64,000 nucleotides of DNA from an uncultured Methanosarcinales archaeon (GCA_964485195.1 CAZAIK010000002.1:76972-140971), one strand, 5' to 3'; numbered from the stretch's first letter, positions 19,129 through 28,933 are shown. The notes: generated by a model from the sequence alone, not told the origin. Program-made: numbers and translations.

Positions 19129-19715
19129 TGGAACAAGCTGAATTAAAACTAAGTCCTAAGAGATTAAAGCATTTTTTTGTGCACTGCTCCCTTTCTGCCA
19201 AAAAATTGTCTGAAAAGCAAAAGCTCAGGTCAGAATTCTCAGGCAGGCTGCAGAAGCTGAAGGATATGTCCCTTAAGACAGGGCCTGCAAGGGGAAAATC
19301 CCCCAATGTTATGTCAGAGATTGAAAAGCTTGAGGAAAGGATTGCAGACCTTATCAACATCCACGCAAGGGAAAAGGTTGAGAGGGATGCCCTTATGAGA
19401 AAGCTTGACGAAAGCATAAAGGCAGTGCAGCCAAGGCAGGATGTAAAGCCGTTCAGGGATTTTGAGAGGATTTCCTCAAGGCTTGCCGAGAACGTGAACA
19501 AGCTGAGCAAGGTTGGCGAGGCAGAAAAAAGGCTGGAAAAGGAGTTCAAGGAAGAGAAAGGGGAGCTTGAAAATCTAGAAAAGCACCTCAACAGTCTTGA
19601 AAAGAGATACAATGAACTGAAAAAGTCAAGAAAGAACAAGAAGGACCTGGAAAGGATAAGGTTGATGATTGAAAAGCACAAGAAAACCATCAGCAGTATG
19701 AAACAGAAAAAGTGA
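19128..19715 (+). CDS. coiled-coil hypothetical protein
   Basis: 195 aa; overlaps the upstream stop; heptad-rich Lys/Glu sequence; true start could be an internal Met. Confidence 0.35.
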   Translation: MEQAELKLSPKRLKHFFVHCSLSAKKLSEKQKLRSEFSGRLQKLKDMSLKTGPARGKSPNVMSEIEKLEERIADLINIHAREKVERDALMRKLDESIKAVQPRQDVKPFRDFERISSRLAENVNKLSKVGEAEKRLEKEFKEEKGELENLEKHLNSLEKRYNELKKSRKNKKDLERIRLMIEKHKKTISSMKQKK

Positions 19716-19755
19716 ACCAATTCTCAATCAGAAAAAGAAAAAATAAATTAAAGTT

Positions 19756-19926
19756 TCAAAGGTCTTTTGCCATAATTGTTTTCCTTCCGTTGGACTCTGC
19801 CCTTGCCATAGCGTCCTTTAAAAGCTGCATTGCTTTTTCATTAAGAGCATCTGCCAAGTCTCCGGAAACATTGTATCCCTTGCAAACATCCTTTATCTTT
19901 GCCTTTACAATCAAACTTTCCGACAT
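19756..19926 (-). CDS. small histone-fold protein
   Basis: About 56 aa from MSESLIVKAKIKDV...; C-terminus VSGDLADALNEKAMQLLKDAMARAESNGRKTIMAKDL matches archaeal histone helix2-loop-helix3 (GRKTI.A.D). Confidence 0.45.
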   Translation of the reverse strand: MSESLIVKAKIKDVCKGYNVSGDLADALNEKAMQLLKDAMARAESNGRKTIMAKDL

Positions 19927-20083
19927 TGTAACACCTCTCAAATTTTTTGGATTCTTACGGTATAACCCCCGTATCGCTTGAAAGAGCAAGGTGGACTATT
20001 TAAACCTTTTGGTGGTTTATAAGGCATAATGTGCTAATTTTAGGTATTTAACCACCATAATTTAGTGACTTTTTGCTCTTCAT

Positions 20084-20428
20084 CTATCTGTACAGGCTTC
20101 TCCAGAAAATTCTGGAGTCCCCTTCTTCAGGCACTTCATTGCAGAAAATAATATGGTCTTTATAATCTTCAAGAATGTGCTGTTCTAAGGCATCTGCTGC
20201 TTCATCGCCGTACATCTCTCTTATTATCCTTGTGAAAGTTTTGTTATGTAACCTCTCTTTGTGCCTGTATTTTCTTATTATCCCTCGCTCAATATCATTT
20301 GTGTAGTCAAACTCGCCCTTGGAATCTTTGCCTTTTCTGCCTGCATAACAATCCAGAAGCTCGTGGAATGGCCTGTAGTCCTTTCCGAACCTTTCAAGCG
20401 ATGATTTGCAATGGTCCTGGATTTCCAT
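20084..20428 (-). CDS. hypothetical protein (operon member 3)
   Basis: 114 aa; no recognisable domain; 12-nt gap from upstream gene. Confidence 0.4.
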   Translation of the reverse strand: MEIQDHCKSSLERFGKDYRPFHELLDCYAGRKGKDSKGEFDYTNDIERGIIRKYRHKERLHNKTFTRIIREMYGDEAADALEQHILEDYKDHIIFCNEVPEEGDSRIFWRSLYR

Positions 20429-20439
20429 GATAATGACAA

Positions 20440-21129
20440 TTAAAGAGGCAGTCCTGATAAATCTTTGGGCCGCCAGAAAAGCTCGTGGAACAATATCCTT
20501 AATTTTGAACAGCCCATTCTCTTTGCTGCCTTTTTCCTGTATTCCGGATTTCCTGAGAATTCATAGACAAACCCAAGATGTTCAGGCCCCATTTGTTCTT
20601 CCCTTCCTGCGAACCTATCAAGAAGTTCGTGGCCGTAAATGTCAGCAAGGGGAGTCCCAAGAACCATGCCACACTTTATCCTTACACTGCTTGACACTGC
20701 CTCTTCATAAAGTATCCTTGCATCTTCCCTTAAACTGCCATCATCTTCACTAAATCCCTTTATCTCCTCAAGCACCTTGTTGTCCAGCTCCTGCAGGTTC
20801 CTGCCAAGGGCAACCCCGGAAGCATACCACACAGAAAGGCGGCTTGTTTCTGAATGTATCTCCTGCAGTTTCCTCCTTGCTTTATCCCTCAGGTTCTCGT
20901 CGGGCTCCCTGACCTCAGGCTCGTGGATCTTTGTAACTACCTCATCGTATGCATCGCTGGGTTCGCTTATGTCATAATTCAGGTTGGATCTCCCGACATA
21001 AACAACTTGCCTCTGCAAATAAGTCCTGGCCTCTTTTACAAGTATTGTTGCAGAAAGGTCGTCTGCCAGCTTTTTTACTTTTTCAATTTCATCTGCGACT
21101 GTTCCCTCAAGATTGCTTTCTCGTTCCAT
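20440..21129 (-). CDS. hypothetical acidic protein (operon member 2)
   Basis: 229 aa; no recognisable domain. Confidence 0.4.
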   Translation of the reverse strand: MERESNLEGTVADEIEKVKKLADDLSATILVKEARTYLQRQVVYVGRSNLNYDISEPSDAYDEVVTKIHEPEVREPDENLRDKARRKLQEIHSETSRLSVWYASGVALGRNLQELDNKVLEEIKGFSEDDGSLREDARILYEEAVSSSVRIKCGMVLGTPLADIYGHELLDRFAGREEQMGPEHLGFVYEFSGNPEYRKKAAKRMGCSKLRILFHELFWRPKDLSGLPL

Positions 21130-21147
21130 TTTTATCCCTCCATTGCT

Positions 21148-21705
21148 TTAATATCCATAATAGCTTCCATCACCTGTGCGCATTTCCTGCTCATCAACGA
21201 TCAGCCTTTTCCAGAGCAGGTGCCTGACTGTTTTCACAACAGGCTCCTCTTCCGGCACAAAACCTTTCTCATCCAGGATGGTGACGTGAGTGTATATGCC
21301 TGAGTTGCACCTGCTTGTTCCCCGGAAATCAAAATCAATTTTCTTTTTGTCCTTGTTTTCATTAACAGCCCCTATGACAAACTGTTTCCTTCTTTCGGTG
21401 TGATGGAGTATGGTCATGTGGTCAAGGCTTTCGCAGAGATACTGGCAATGCTTTTTGTAGGTTCTGTGCAATGCTTCTGTAATATCCCATCCTGATGCAT
21501 ATTCGGTTTCCTCATTATCGCAGGAGTTTCCTAAATACATCTCTGCAGAAAGTTTCACCTTTGGCTCCTCAGGAATTTTTGCGCTTCTGCCCTGGAGCAT
21601 AAGCTCAAGCTCAATGTCCCTGCAGTCCCTGAACCTTTGGAAGGATACTCTTGCCTTTCTTTCCCTTTCCTCAATCCTGCCGGAATTGAACATAAAATCA
21701 AACAA
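21148..21705 (-). CDS. hypothetical protein (operon member 1); only a TTG start available, with a start-less open frame upstream
   Basis: 185 aa from TTG; the same frame stays open a further ~85 codons upstream (to ~21960) with no ATG/GTG/TTG. Confidence 0.35.
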   Translation of the reverse strand: MFDFMFNSGRIEERERKARVSFQRFRDCRDIELELMLQGRSAKIPEEPKVKLSAEMYLGNSCDNEETEYASGWDITEALHRTYKKHCQYLCESLDHMTILHHTERRKQFVIGAVNENKDKKKIDFDFRGTSRCNSGIYTHVTILDEKGFVPEEEPVVKTVRHLLWKRLIVDEQEMRTGDGSYYGY

Positions 21706-22069
21706 TTCCTCAAGGCCAGAACCTCTTATTTCACAGACAGATACATAAAATCTGGCGGTGTCTTCTGCATGCGTGTAATTTCCGCTGCGGCATTCCTCTA
21801 TTAGCTTTTCCTCATCCAGCTGGACAAGGCAGATTTTATTTCCTGAACTGGCCGCACGATGTATAAAGTGCTCATCTATGCAGGTCCTTTCCTGTTTTAT
21901 CTTCTCTTTTTTGACTGTGTATTTTTCTATTATCTTCTTGCACCCCTGTATTTAAGTACCATAAAACAGCATTTAGAGAGCTCATAACCTATAAATAAGT
22001 TTCCTACCATTTATCGATAAAATGTGTGAAAAAGAAACCTTTAAATAGGCAGAGAACATTGTAAACACT

Positions 22070-22978
22070 ATGGTTGGCATAAAAGTCCTTACAGAACTGA
22101 AGACAAGATACGGTCTTAGCGAGAAGCATATGCTGGTGCTCAAGACCCTCAGAAACAAGGATTTGCCAGCAAAGAGGATATCTTCAAAGACAGACATCTC
22201 CCTTGGGAGATTGTATGAATATCTCAATGACCTCCTTTCATATGGTCTTATCGAAAAAAAGGGGAAAAAACCAAGCGTTTACAGTACAGAGAAGATGGAC
22301 GAAAAAGTGCGGAATTTTCTCAGGATACGCTTTGACAAGACCGTGAGGGATGAGAAAGCGCTAATGGACCTTCTGAGGAAGAGGGACATGAAGGATTATG
22401 TTGAGGTGACAAAGACCAAGGAGGATTTTATTTACACCCAGCTCAAGATGCTCGGCTCCTGCAGGAAGCTCTATACAATCACAAGGTTCGGCTCAATACC
22501 CTTTCTTTTATACCCCTCCAGCAATGAGAAGTTTGTTGCCTTCAGAAAGGCGGTTGTCAAGGCCCGCCCCAACCTTGCAGGCTCTTCTTATGAAACAGTA
22601 GTGATGATAAACAAGGCATATGCAGAGGCTTACAGGGAAAACAAGAAAATGGTTGCTATCGTGTGCAGGGAAAGTTTTGACTTCCATATGAGCCTTGCAA
22701 GAAAGGAGCTCGGAGAGGATTTTTACCAGTCGATGATAGATGAATTGAAAAAAAGGATGAAAGACTACAGCGTAAAGATATATCTTATTGACGAATTTAA
22801 CCCCGCGCAGATTTTCATAAATGATGACACAGTGTATGTTTCCATAGTGCACGGGGGCTCCACCTTCGGCACGATAATACACAGCATGGACGCTACAGAC
22901 ATCTACAACCACGTTTTTGAGGGTATGGTTGAGAGGGGAATTCCCCTCAGGGATTACCTAAAAGGGGTTGCCAATTAA
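22070..22978 (+). CDS. TrmB-like transcriptional regulator (winged helix + C-terminal effector domain)
   Basis: 302 aa; N-terminal wHTH (LKTLRNKDLPAKRISSKTDISLGRLYEYLNDLLSYGLIEKKG). Confidence 0.45.
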   Translation: MVGIKVLTELKTRYGLSEKHMLVLKTLRNKDLPAKRISSKTDISLGRLYEYLNDLLSYGLIEKKGKKPSVYSTEKMDEKVRNFLRIRFDKTVRDEKALMDLLRKRDMKDYVEVTKTKEDFIYTQLKMLGSCRKLYTITRFGSIPFLLYPSSNEKFVAFRKAVVKARPNLAGSSYETVVMINKAYAEAYRENKKMVAIVCRESFDFHMSLARKELGEDFYQSMIDELKKRMKDYSVKIYLIDEFNPAQIFINDDTVYVSIVHGGSTFGTIIHSMDATDIYNHVFEGMVERGIPLRDYLKGVAN

Positions 22979-22984
22979 AAAATT

Positions 22985-24667
22985 TCATTTATGCCCGAAC
23001 CAGAATTCCATTTTCTTTTTGTTGTCCAGCCTCGCAAAGCCGAACCTTTCAAACTGGCAGGTGCTGCCTTCCTCTATCTCCTTCACTGTTTCCTCAGCTT
23101 TTCCCTTAACGACTGAATTGTCAGGCATCCTCACTGAAGCGTCAGCATTGCCTTGCTGGGGGAGCCAGTGCATTATCTTCTTCCCTTTTTTCCTGAAAGT
23201 CTCGTAATCCTCGGAGTCAAAGACAAATTCCTTTCCCCTCCTCACGAAATTCACGCAGTCCATCAGCCTGTAAAGCTGGCCTTCTTTTATTGAATCAAAA
23301 TCATCTTTTGCTATCAAAAATTTTTCATTTGTCTTGAAAACCCTTCTCCCTCTTTTGGGAAAGTCCGGATGCTTCAGCAATCCCGCTTTTTTCACAGGGG
23401 AATCCTTAATTGTTATCTTCACAGGCTCCTTGACGAAGAAATACCTGTTTGACTCCTTGTCAATGATGTCCCTGTTGCAGGCGTTGATTAATTTGAAGAA
23501 GTCATCAGATGAAACTGTCTTGTCTGTTTGGGAAGGCCCTATGTCAATTGCGAAATTAACAAAGGTGTCTGGCTGGTACCCCCTTTTTCTCAGGGCTTTC
23601 AAAAAAGGCAGCCTTATGTCATCCCATCCCGAGAACTCCCCTGCGTCAATCCTGAATTTTGTCTTGGTGCAGCTGACCTCAAAGCCCTTGAAGTTTATCC
23701 TTCCCACAAATTTTGTTTCAGGAACCTTCTTGTTCAGGTATTTGTAGATAAACTCCTGTTTTTTGGCATTGTCCATATGGTCCTTCCCCCTTATTATGTG
23801 GGTCATGCCTGCTTCAATGTCATCCACAGAAACTGCAAGGTTCATCAGGGGCCAAACCCTGTATTTTGTTCCTGTCCTGGGATGATTTGAGTCCTTTATC
23901 CTCACGGCGGGCCAGTCCCTTATTGCAGGGTTCCTGTGCTTCATGTCTGTCTTAACCCTCACCACAGCGTCCCCCTCCTTGTATTTGCTGAACATTTTTT
24001 CCCATCTTTCTGCCTGGTCCTCATAGGGAAGGTTCCTGCAGGGGCAGGCTTCCTTCTTGTCAAGAAGGGTCTTGAAATGCTCAGAACTGCAGGTGCATAC
24101 ATAAGCGTGGCCTGTCTTTATCAGCTTTTCAGCATAATAATAGTACTTGTCCATGTGGTCTGACTGGAACTGCACCTCCTCTATCTTGTTGTTGGTCATC
24201 CATTTTGCATCCTCAACAATCATTTCATACGATGAGAAGTATATGTTGTCAGGGTTTGTGTCAGAAATCCTCAGAATAAACTTTCCGCCGTATTTCTCGC
24301 AATAGGTATGGTTCAGCCCAAGCATGTAGGCGTGCCCTATGTGCAAAGGCCCTGAAGGACTGGGCTCAAAGCGCATAATAACCTTCCCTTTTTTCGCATT
24401 CTTAAGTTCAGGCAGCTTCTTCTTTTCCTGCTCCTTTTTCTCAAGAAGCTCGGGGGCTGTTTTTTCCAGCTCTTTTAGCTGTTCCTCAACAGTAAGCTTG
24501 GATGTTTCACTGATTGCTTTCTGAATCTCCTCTTTTAATTTTCCGATATCCTTCTTCAGCTCAGGATTCTCGCCAATGACTTTCCCGATTACAGCTCCTG
24601 CCTGGGGCTTGCCATTAAACCTTATGGAATTCTGAAGAACATACTTCCTTATTGTTTCCTTGCCCAT
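22985..24667 (-). CDS. gltX: glutamyl-tRNA synthetase (archaeal GluRS)
   Basis: 560 aa; class I HIGH motif (PSPSGPLHIGHAY); archaeal/eukaryotic-type catalytic core and anticodon-binding domain. Confidence 0.9.
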   Translation of the reverse strand: MGKETIRKYVLQNSIRFNGKPQAGAVIGKVIGENPELKKDIGKLKEEIQKAISETSKLTVEEQLKELEKTAPELLEKKEQEKKKLPELKNAKKGKVIMRFEPSPSGPLHIGHAYMLGLNHTYCEKYGGKFILRISDTNPDNIYFSSYEMIVEDAKWMTNNKIEEVQFQSDHMDKYYYYAEKLIKTGHAYVCTCSSEHFKTLLDKKEACPCRNLPYEDQAERWEKMFSKYKEGDAVVRVKTDMKHRNPAIRDWPAVRIKDSNHPRTGTKYRVWPLMNLAVSVDDIEAGMTHIIRGKDHMDNAKKQEFIYKYLNKKVPETKFVGRINFKGFEVSCTKTKFRIDAGEFSGWDDIRLPFLKALRKRGYQPDTFVNFAIDIGPSQTDKTVSSDDFFKLINACNRDIIDKESNRYFFVKEPVKITIKDSPVKKAGLLKHPDFPKRGRRVFKTNEKFLIAKDDFDSIKEGQLYRLMDCVNFVRRGKEFVFDSEDYETFRKKGKKIMHWLPQQGNADASVRMPDNSVVKGKAEETVKEIEEGSTCQFERFGFARLDNKKKMEFWFGHK

Positions 24668-24710
24668 TTTTTATGTAGTTTTGACTTGCTTATTTAAATC
24701 TTTTAATAAT

Positions 24711-24720
24711 TTTTATAAAT
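24711..24720 (+). promoter_or_regulatory. TATA box for tRNA-Ala
   Basis: ttttataaat centred ~27 nt upstream of tRNA 5' end. Confidence 0.5.
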
Positions 24721-24742
24721 AAAACAAAAATTCAGGGGTTAT

Positions 24743-24841
24743 GGGCCGGTAGTTTAAAGGCAGAATCCGCCATTGGCTATGGTGAGACCCGGGTTCGATT
24801 TGCTGAGACTTATGTTTCGCTCGGAAATCCCGGCCGGTCCA
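24743..24841 (+). tRNA. tRNA-Ala (anticodon GGC) with a ~28-nt non-canonical intron in the T-loop region
   Basis: Acceptor gggccgg/ccggtcc with the G3:U70 alanine identity pair. Anticodon arm cgcca-ttGGCta-tggtg. T-stem ccggg + ttcgatt, then 28 nt (24801..24828) before the complementary cccgg and acceptor 3' strand. Confidence 0.55.
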
Positions 24842-25043
24842 TAAATACCCTATATATGCGGTTTACAGCAGGTTTTTGCAATTTTCAGGCAAAGATTTTT
24901 AAACCTTCGTGTAATAATGATTAACCTGCTAAAAAACCCGATATGGGGGTTAAAAGAGCTAATAGGGGCGTATTGCAGTCTGATTAGGCTGGAATTGCTT
25001 AAAAAGCTTTCAAATCCAAAAAAAAGTAAAAGGAGGGAGTATT

Positions 25044-26330
25044 ATGGCAAAAGACAAAGAACACGTGAATCTTGTATTCATAGGACACGTAGATCACGGT
25101 AAATCCACTACTGTAGGCAGGCTGCTGTTTGACACCGGCAACATAGAGGAGCAGGCGATGAGGAAGCTAAAAGACAAGGCTACACAGCTTGGAAAGGCAG
25201 GTTTTGAATTTGCATTTGTAATGGACAACCTTAAGGAAGAGCAGGAGAGGGGAGTAACCATAGACCTCTCCCACAAGAGGTTTGACACGGACAAGTATTA
25301 TTTCACAATTATCGACGCGCCGGGCCACAGGGACTTCATCAAGAATATGATTACAGGAGCGTCCCAGGCAGACGCAGCTGTCGTGGTTGTGGCTGCGAAC
25401 GACGGGGTTATGGCCCAGACCAAGGAGCACATCTTCCTTGCAAAGACAATGGGCGTAAACCAGGTAGTCATAGCAGTGAACAAGATGGATATGGTCCAGT
25501 ACGACCAGAAGAGGTTTGAGGAAGTCAAGAAGGATGTTAACGACCTGCTGAAAACAGTGGGTTACAATCCTGAGACAGTAAAGTTCGTGCCCATCGCATC
25601 ATTCCCTGGAGATAATGTCGTCAAGAAAAGTGACAAGCTTTCCTGGTTTGACGGCCCAACACTCCTGGAGGCGCTGGACGGGCTTAACAACCCTGAAAAG
25701 CCCGTGGACCTTCCACTTAGGCTTCCTATCCAGGACGTTTACCAGATTGCAGGAATAGGAACAGTGCCTGTGGGGAAAGTGCTTACAGGTGTTATGAAAG
25801 TTGGAGACCCTGTCATAGTTGTTCCTGCCAGGGACGGCAAGGGAGCAAAGGGTGAGGTCAAGTCAATAGAGATGCACCACGAGCAGCTTAAGGAAGCCAA
25901 CCCTGGAGACAACATAGGATTCGTGGTGAGGGGAATTGACAAGAAGGCCATAGCAAGGGGAGATGTTCTGGGAAAAACAAACAACGTTCCAACAGTTGCC
26001 ACTGAATTCACGGCGCAGATTGTGGTGCTTAACCATCCCACTGTCATAACTGTTGGTTACAGCCCTGTGTTCCACCTGCACACAGCACAGGTTTCCTGCA
26101 GAATCACGGAAATACAGAAAAAGCTGAACCCTGCAACAGGAGAGGTACTTGAGGAAAACCCTGACTTCGTAAAGAACGGGGACGCGGCAATAGTGAAGGT
26201 TATTCCAAACCAGCCGCTCTGCATTGAAAAGCAGAAGGAAATTCCCCAGATGTCCAGGTTCGCAATAAGGGATTCAGGCGCTACTGTGTCAGTAGGTATG
26301 TGCATGGACCTTGTGAAAAAAGAAATTTAA
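25044..26330 (+). CDS. tuf: translation elongation factor 1-alpha (aEF-1A)
   Basis: 428 aa; [24 protein letters not shown]-binding motifs; strong RBS aaggaggg. Confidence 0.95.
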   Translation: MAKDKEHVNLVFIGHVDHGKSTTVGRLLFDTGNIEEQAMRKLKDKATQLGKAGFEFAFVMDNLKEEQERGVTIDLSHKRFDTDKYYFTIIDAPGHRDFIKNMITGASQADAAVVVVAANDGVMAQTKEHIFLAKTMGVNQVVIAVNKMDMVQYDQKRFEEVKKDVNDLLKTVGYNPETVKFVPIASFPGDNVVKKSDKLSWFDGPTLLEALDGLNNPEKPVDLPLRLPIQDVYQIAGIGTVPVGKVLTGVMKVGDPVIVVPARDGKGAKGEVKSIEMHHEQLKEANPGDNIGFVVRGIDKKAIARGDVLGKTNNVPTVATEFTAQIVVLNHPTVITVGYSPVFHLHTAQVSCRITEIQKKLNPATGEVLEENPDFVKNGDAAIVKVIPNQPLCIEKQKEIPQMSRFAIRDSGATVSVGMCMDLVKKEI

Positions 26331-26382
26331 TTTTTTATTTTTCAAATTTCATAATGAATAAAATTCATTATGGGGTACACAA

Positions 26383-26694
26383 ATGCAAAAGGCAAGGATA
26401 AAAATAGCGAGCGGTAACATAGGCAAAGTTAACGAAGTATGCAATTACATAAAGGACATAGCGGAAAAGACCGGAGTAGAGATGAGAGGGCCGGTTCCGC
26501 TTCCCACAAAGAAAATGAAGGTCGCCACCAGGAAAAGCGTTTGCGGCGACGGCACGGCAACGTGGGAAAGGTATGAGATGAGAATTCACAAAAGGCTTAT
26601 TGACCTGGGAATTGACGAGAGAGCGCTAAGGCTTGTCATGCGTGTGCCCATACCAGAAGGACTTAACATTGAGATTGAGATGATTGAGGCTTAA
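26383..26694 (+). CDS. rps10: ribosomal protein uS10
   Basis: 103 aa; classic tuf-rps10 arrangement; [10 protein letters not shown]...[11 protein letters not shown]. Confidence 0.9.
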   Translation: MQKARIKIASGNIGKVNEVCNYIKDIAEKTGVEMRGPVPLPTKKMKVATRKSVCGDGTATWERYEMRIHKRLIDLGIDERALRLVMRVPIPEGLNIEIEMIEA

Positions 26695-26709
26695 CTTCTT
26701 TTTTCGTGT

Positions 26710-28158
26710 TTGGATGAGTGGAAGGTGAATATGCAGTGGGAAAACCAGGAACACGAGGAAACATTGTTCAGGATTTGCAGGGTTGCCAGCTGGTATGACT
26801 TTGCCAAGACTCTTGAGCACTGCATGGGCGGTCCAAAGCTGGTTGAGTTATGCAATAGCCTGTTCAGCTCAAACTTCAAGCCCTGGCTGAAGCTCAATGC
26901 GCTGGAAAGAAATAATGTCATTTCTTTCGCAAGCGTTTCCTTGATGTATGATCCTGCAGTTGATTTGGGCTTTCCTGAGGTAAGTGAAAAAGATAAAGAA
27001 GCGTCCCTGAAAGTATTGAAGGCGATTGGGGGCAAGAAAGGAAAACATCTTGAGAAAAGGGTTGCAAAATACATAAAAGCTGTTAACAAGGAGGCAAATG
27101 AAGTCATAGAGCAGGTAAATGAGGCAAGTCTTTGCGAGCTTTCTGAAATGGTTGACCAAGCCCTGCATTCCCGTCAAAAAAGATGGAGGCTTTTCTGGGC
27201 CCTGGCAACAGACCGCAAGACGACAAGGCTGAACGAGCTGAAAAGGCTGAAATACACAGATCCCGAAGAGGTGGAACAGGAATTTTCCTTCATAATGAAG
27301 CACAGGGACAAGATTGGAAAACTCAACGAGGGCTGGGAAGCTGAGCTGGAGCTGGATGTTGAGCTGGCAAGAAGAGCGCTCATTCAGTACAGGGCCTATA
27401 GGCAGGGGGTTTGTTTTGACGAGGAATTCTATTATCAGCAAATAATTGCAGACCTTGAGGAGGAGCTGGAAATATACTCGCAAAGCACAGGTAATCTTTA
27501 CAGCAGGATTGGCGAGATGGAATCGCAATTAGGTAAGATTCCTGAATTAAAAAAAGAGCTTGAGGTTAAAGAAAGCCAGAAAAGCGGACTGGAGCAGCAA
27601 ATCAAGGTTTTGGAATTGAAAATTGAAAGTGCGCGGCAGCCGGCGGAGGTAAAGTCTCCTGAGCAGGAAGAGCTTGATTATGCAAGGCAAAAGCTTAAGG
27701 AAGCAGAGGAAGAAAAAGGGAGGCTGAGCAGTATGGTTGCAGGATCTGAGAGCAAAATCAATCAGCTGGAAGATGAGGCAGGCCAGAGGGAAAAAACAAT
27801 TCAAAATTTCAGGGGCCTGGTCGAGCTGGCAAGCATCAGGGAGTTAATGAGGGATTATTTCGTGGACAAGAAAGTGCTGGTGGTTAAAAGGCAGAAGGGG
27901 GATGATGAGAAGTACCAAAGGGCAGTTGAGCAATTCTGCCCCTCGGTTGAGGTGATTAACCCTTCCCTGAACAGTTCAGCTTCTGAAAAATTGGCCAGTT
28001 CCTCCTATACCCACGCACTGCTGATCACGGGAAGCCTCACACATGAGGAAACCAATTCAGTTGAGCCAGGGAAAAGAATAATACTGCCAGGAAAGGATGT
28101 TTCCAGGATTCCAGGAGTGATGCTGGCGGCAATACCTCCCCATTATAAAGAAAGATAG
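26710..28158 (+). CDS. hypothetical protein with N-terminal globular domain and long central coiled coil
   Basis: 482 aa; heptad-rich E/K/Q segment ~260-370; no known domain; ends in a TAG stop. Confidence 0.4.
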   Translation: MDEWKVNMQWENQEHEETLFRICRVASWYDFAKTLEHCMGGPKLVELCNSLFSSNFKPWLKLNALERNNVISFASVSLMYDPAVDLGFPEVSEKDKEASLKVLKAIGGKKGKHLEKRVAKYIKAVNKEANEVIEQVNEASLCELSEMVDQALHSRQKRWRLFWALATDRKTTRLNELKRLKYTDPEEVEQEFSFIMKHRDKIGKLNEGWEAELELDVELARRALIQYRAYRQGVCFDEEFYYQQIIADLEEELEIYSQSTGNLYSRIGEMESQLGKIPELKKELEVKESQKSGLEQQIKVLELKIESARQPAEVKSPEQEELDYARQKLKEAEEEKGRLSSMVAGSESKINQLEDEAGQREKTIQNFRGLVELASIRELMRDYFVDKKVLVVKRQKGDDEKYQRAVEQFCPSVEVINPSLNSSASEKLASSSYTHALLITGSLTHEETNSVEPGKRIILPGKDVSRIPGVMLAAIPPHYKER

Positions 28159-28210
28159 CAGTTATTAAGGATGTGCACATAGAGCAAATGGCGGTATCAC
28201 TACCTTAAAC

Positions 28211-28220
28211 TTTATAAATA
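28211..28220 (+). promoter_or_regulatory. TATA box for tRNA-Ser
   Basis: tttataaata ~27 nt upstream of tRNA 5' end. Confidence 0.5.
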
Positions 28221-28242
28221 AATGAATTTCTTCCAAAAACGT

Positions 28243-28370
28243 GCCGCAATCGCATAATCTGGTATTGCGCAAGCCTGGAAACTTGGGCGCAAGGCCAAGT
28301 CCCGAGCGCGCCTGAGCGCGAGGACAGCTTGTCCCGTAAGGGATTCCCGGTTCAAATCCGGGTTGCGGCG
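28243..28370 (+). tRNA. tRNA-Ser (anticodon GGA) with canonical 45-nt intron (28281..28325)
   Basis: Acceptor gccgcaa/ttgcggc. Anticodon stem caagc/gcttg, loop ctGGAa|a. Intron between positions 37/38 contains a GC hairpin cgcgc-ctga-gcgcg. Long variable arm tcccgtaagggatt; T-arm cccgg-ttcaaat-ccggg. Confidence 0.75.
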
Positions 28371-28380
28371 TTTTAAGTTT

Positions 28381-28878
28381 TCAGAAAGTTTGTTTTCTTG
28401 ACCACTCACCCAAATATTCCCCTTTCAGGTGCTTGTCCAGAAGCTCAAGCTCTTCGTAAATGCCGTCGATAAGCTCGTATTTCCTTGCCTCTTCCAGGGT
28501 GACCCAGGCGTATTCTGTCAGCTCAGGGGAAAGCTTTACCTTGTCCTCATTGGTATGGGCAAACATGCTCGCAACAAGTGTGGGAATGCCGTCGGGCCTT
28601 ATGAATATCAGGCTGGTGAGGTATTTCATCCTGTCCACTTCAATCCCCACTTCCTCCCTTACCTCGCGCTTGCATATGTCCTCAAAGATGTTGTACCACT
28701 GGCAGCTTGTGTCGCAGGGCCTGTTCCTGTAGTCAGAAACCTCAAGCTTTCCGCCGGGGACGGTCCACATGTTTGGGAATGACTTTTCCTTTCCCGACCT
28801 TTTTGCTATGAGAAATTTGCCATCCTTAACCAGGATGCAGGTAGCCACCACGTAATGGGCCTTTTCCGAGTCATACAT
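28381..28878 (-). CDS. Nudix hydrolase
   Basis: 165 aa; Nudix box region GGKLEVSD...REVREEVGIEV. Confidence 0.7.
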   Translation of the reverse strand: MYDSEKAHYVVATCILVKDGKFLIAKRSGKEKSFPNMWTVPGGKLEVSDYRNRPCDTSCQWYNIFEDICKREVREEVGIEVDRMKYLTSLIFIRPDGIPTLVASMFAHTNEDKVKLSPELTEYAWVTLEEARKYELIDGIYEELELLDKHLKGEYLGEWSRKQTF

Positions 28879-28933
28879 GGTCTTAAAAGCCTATCTAAAT
28901 CTTTAAAAATTATTCCTCAATATTCCTTGAGTA

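Noticed and set aside
18944-19720. 258-aa minus-strand ORF with poly-Ser/Phe/Leu composition
   Set aside because: Antisense to the Pro-rich/coiled-coil gene pair; low-complexity mirror of Lys/Glu codons, not a gene
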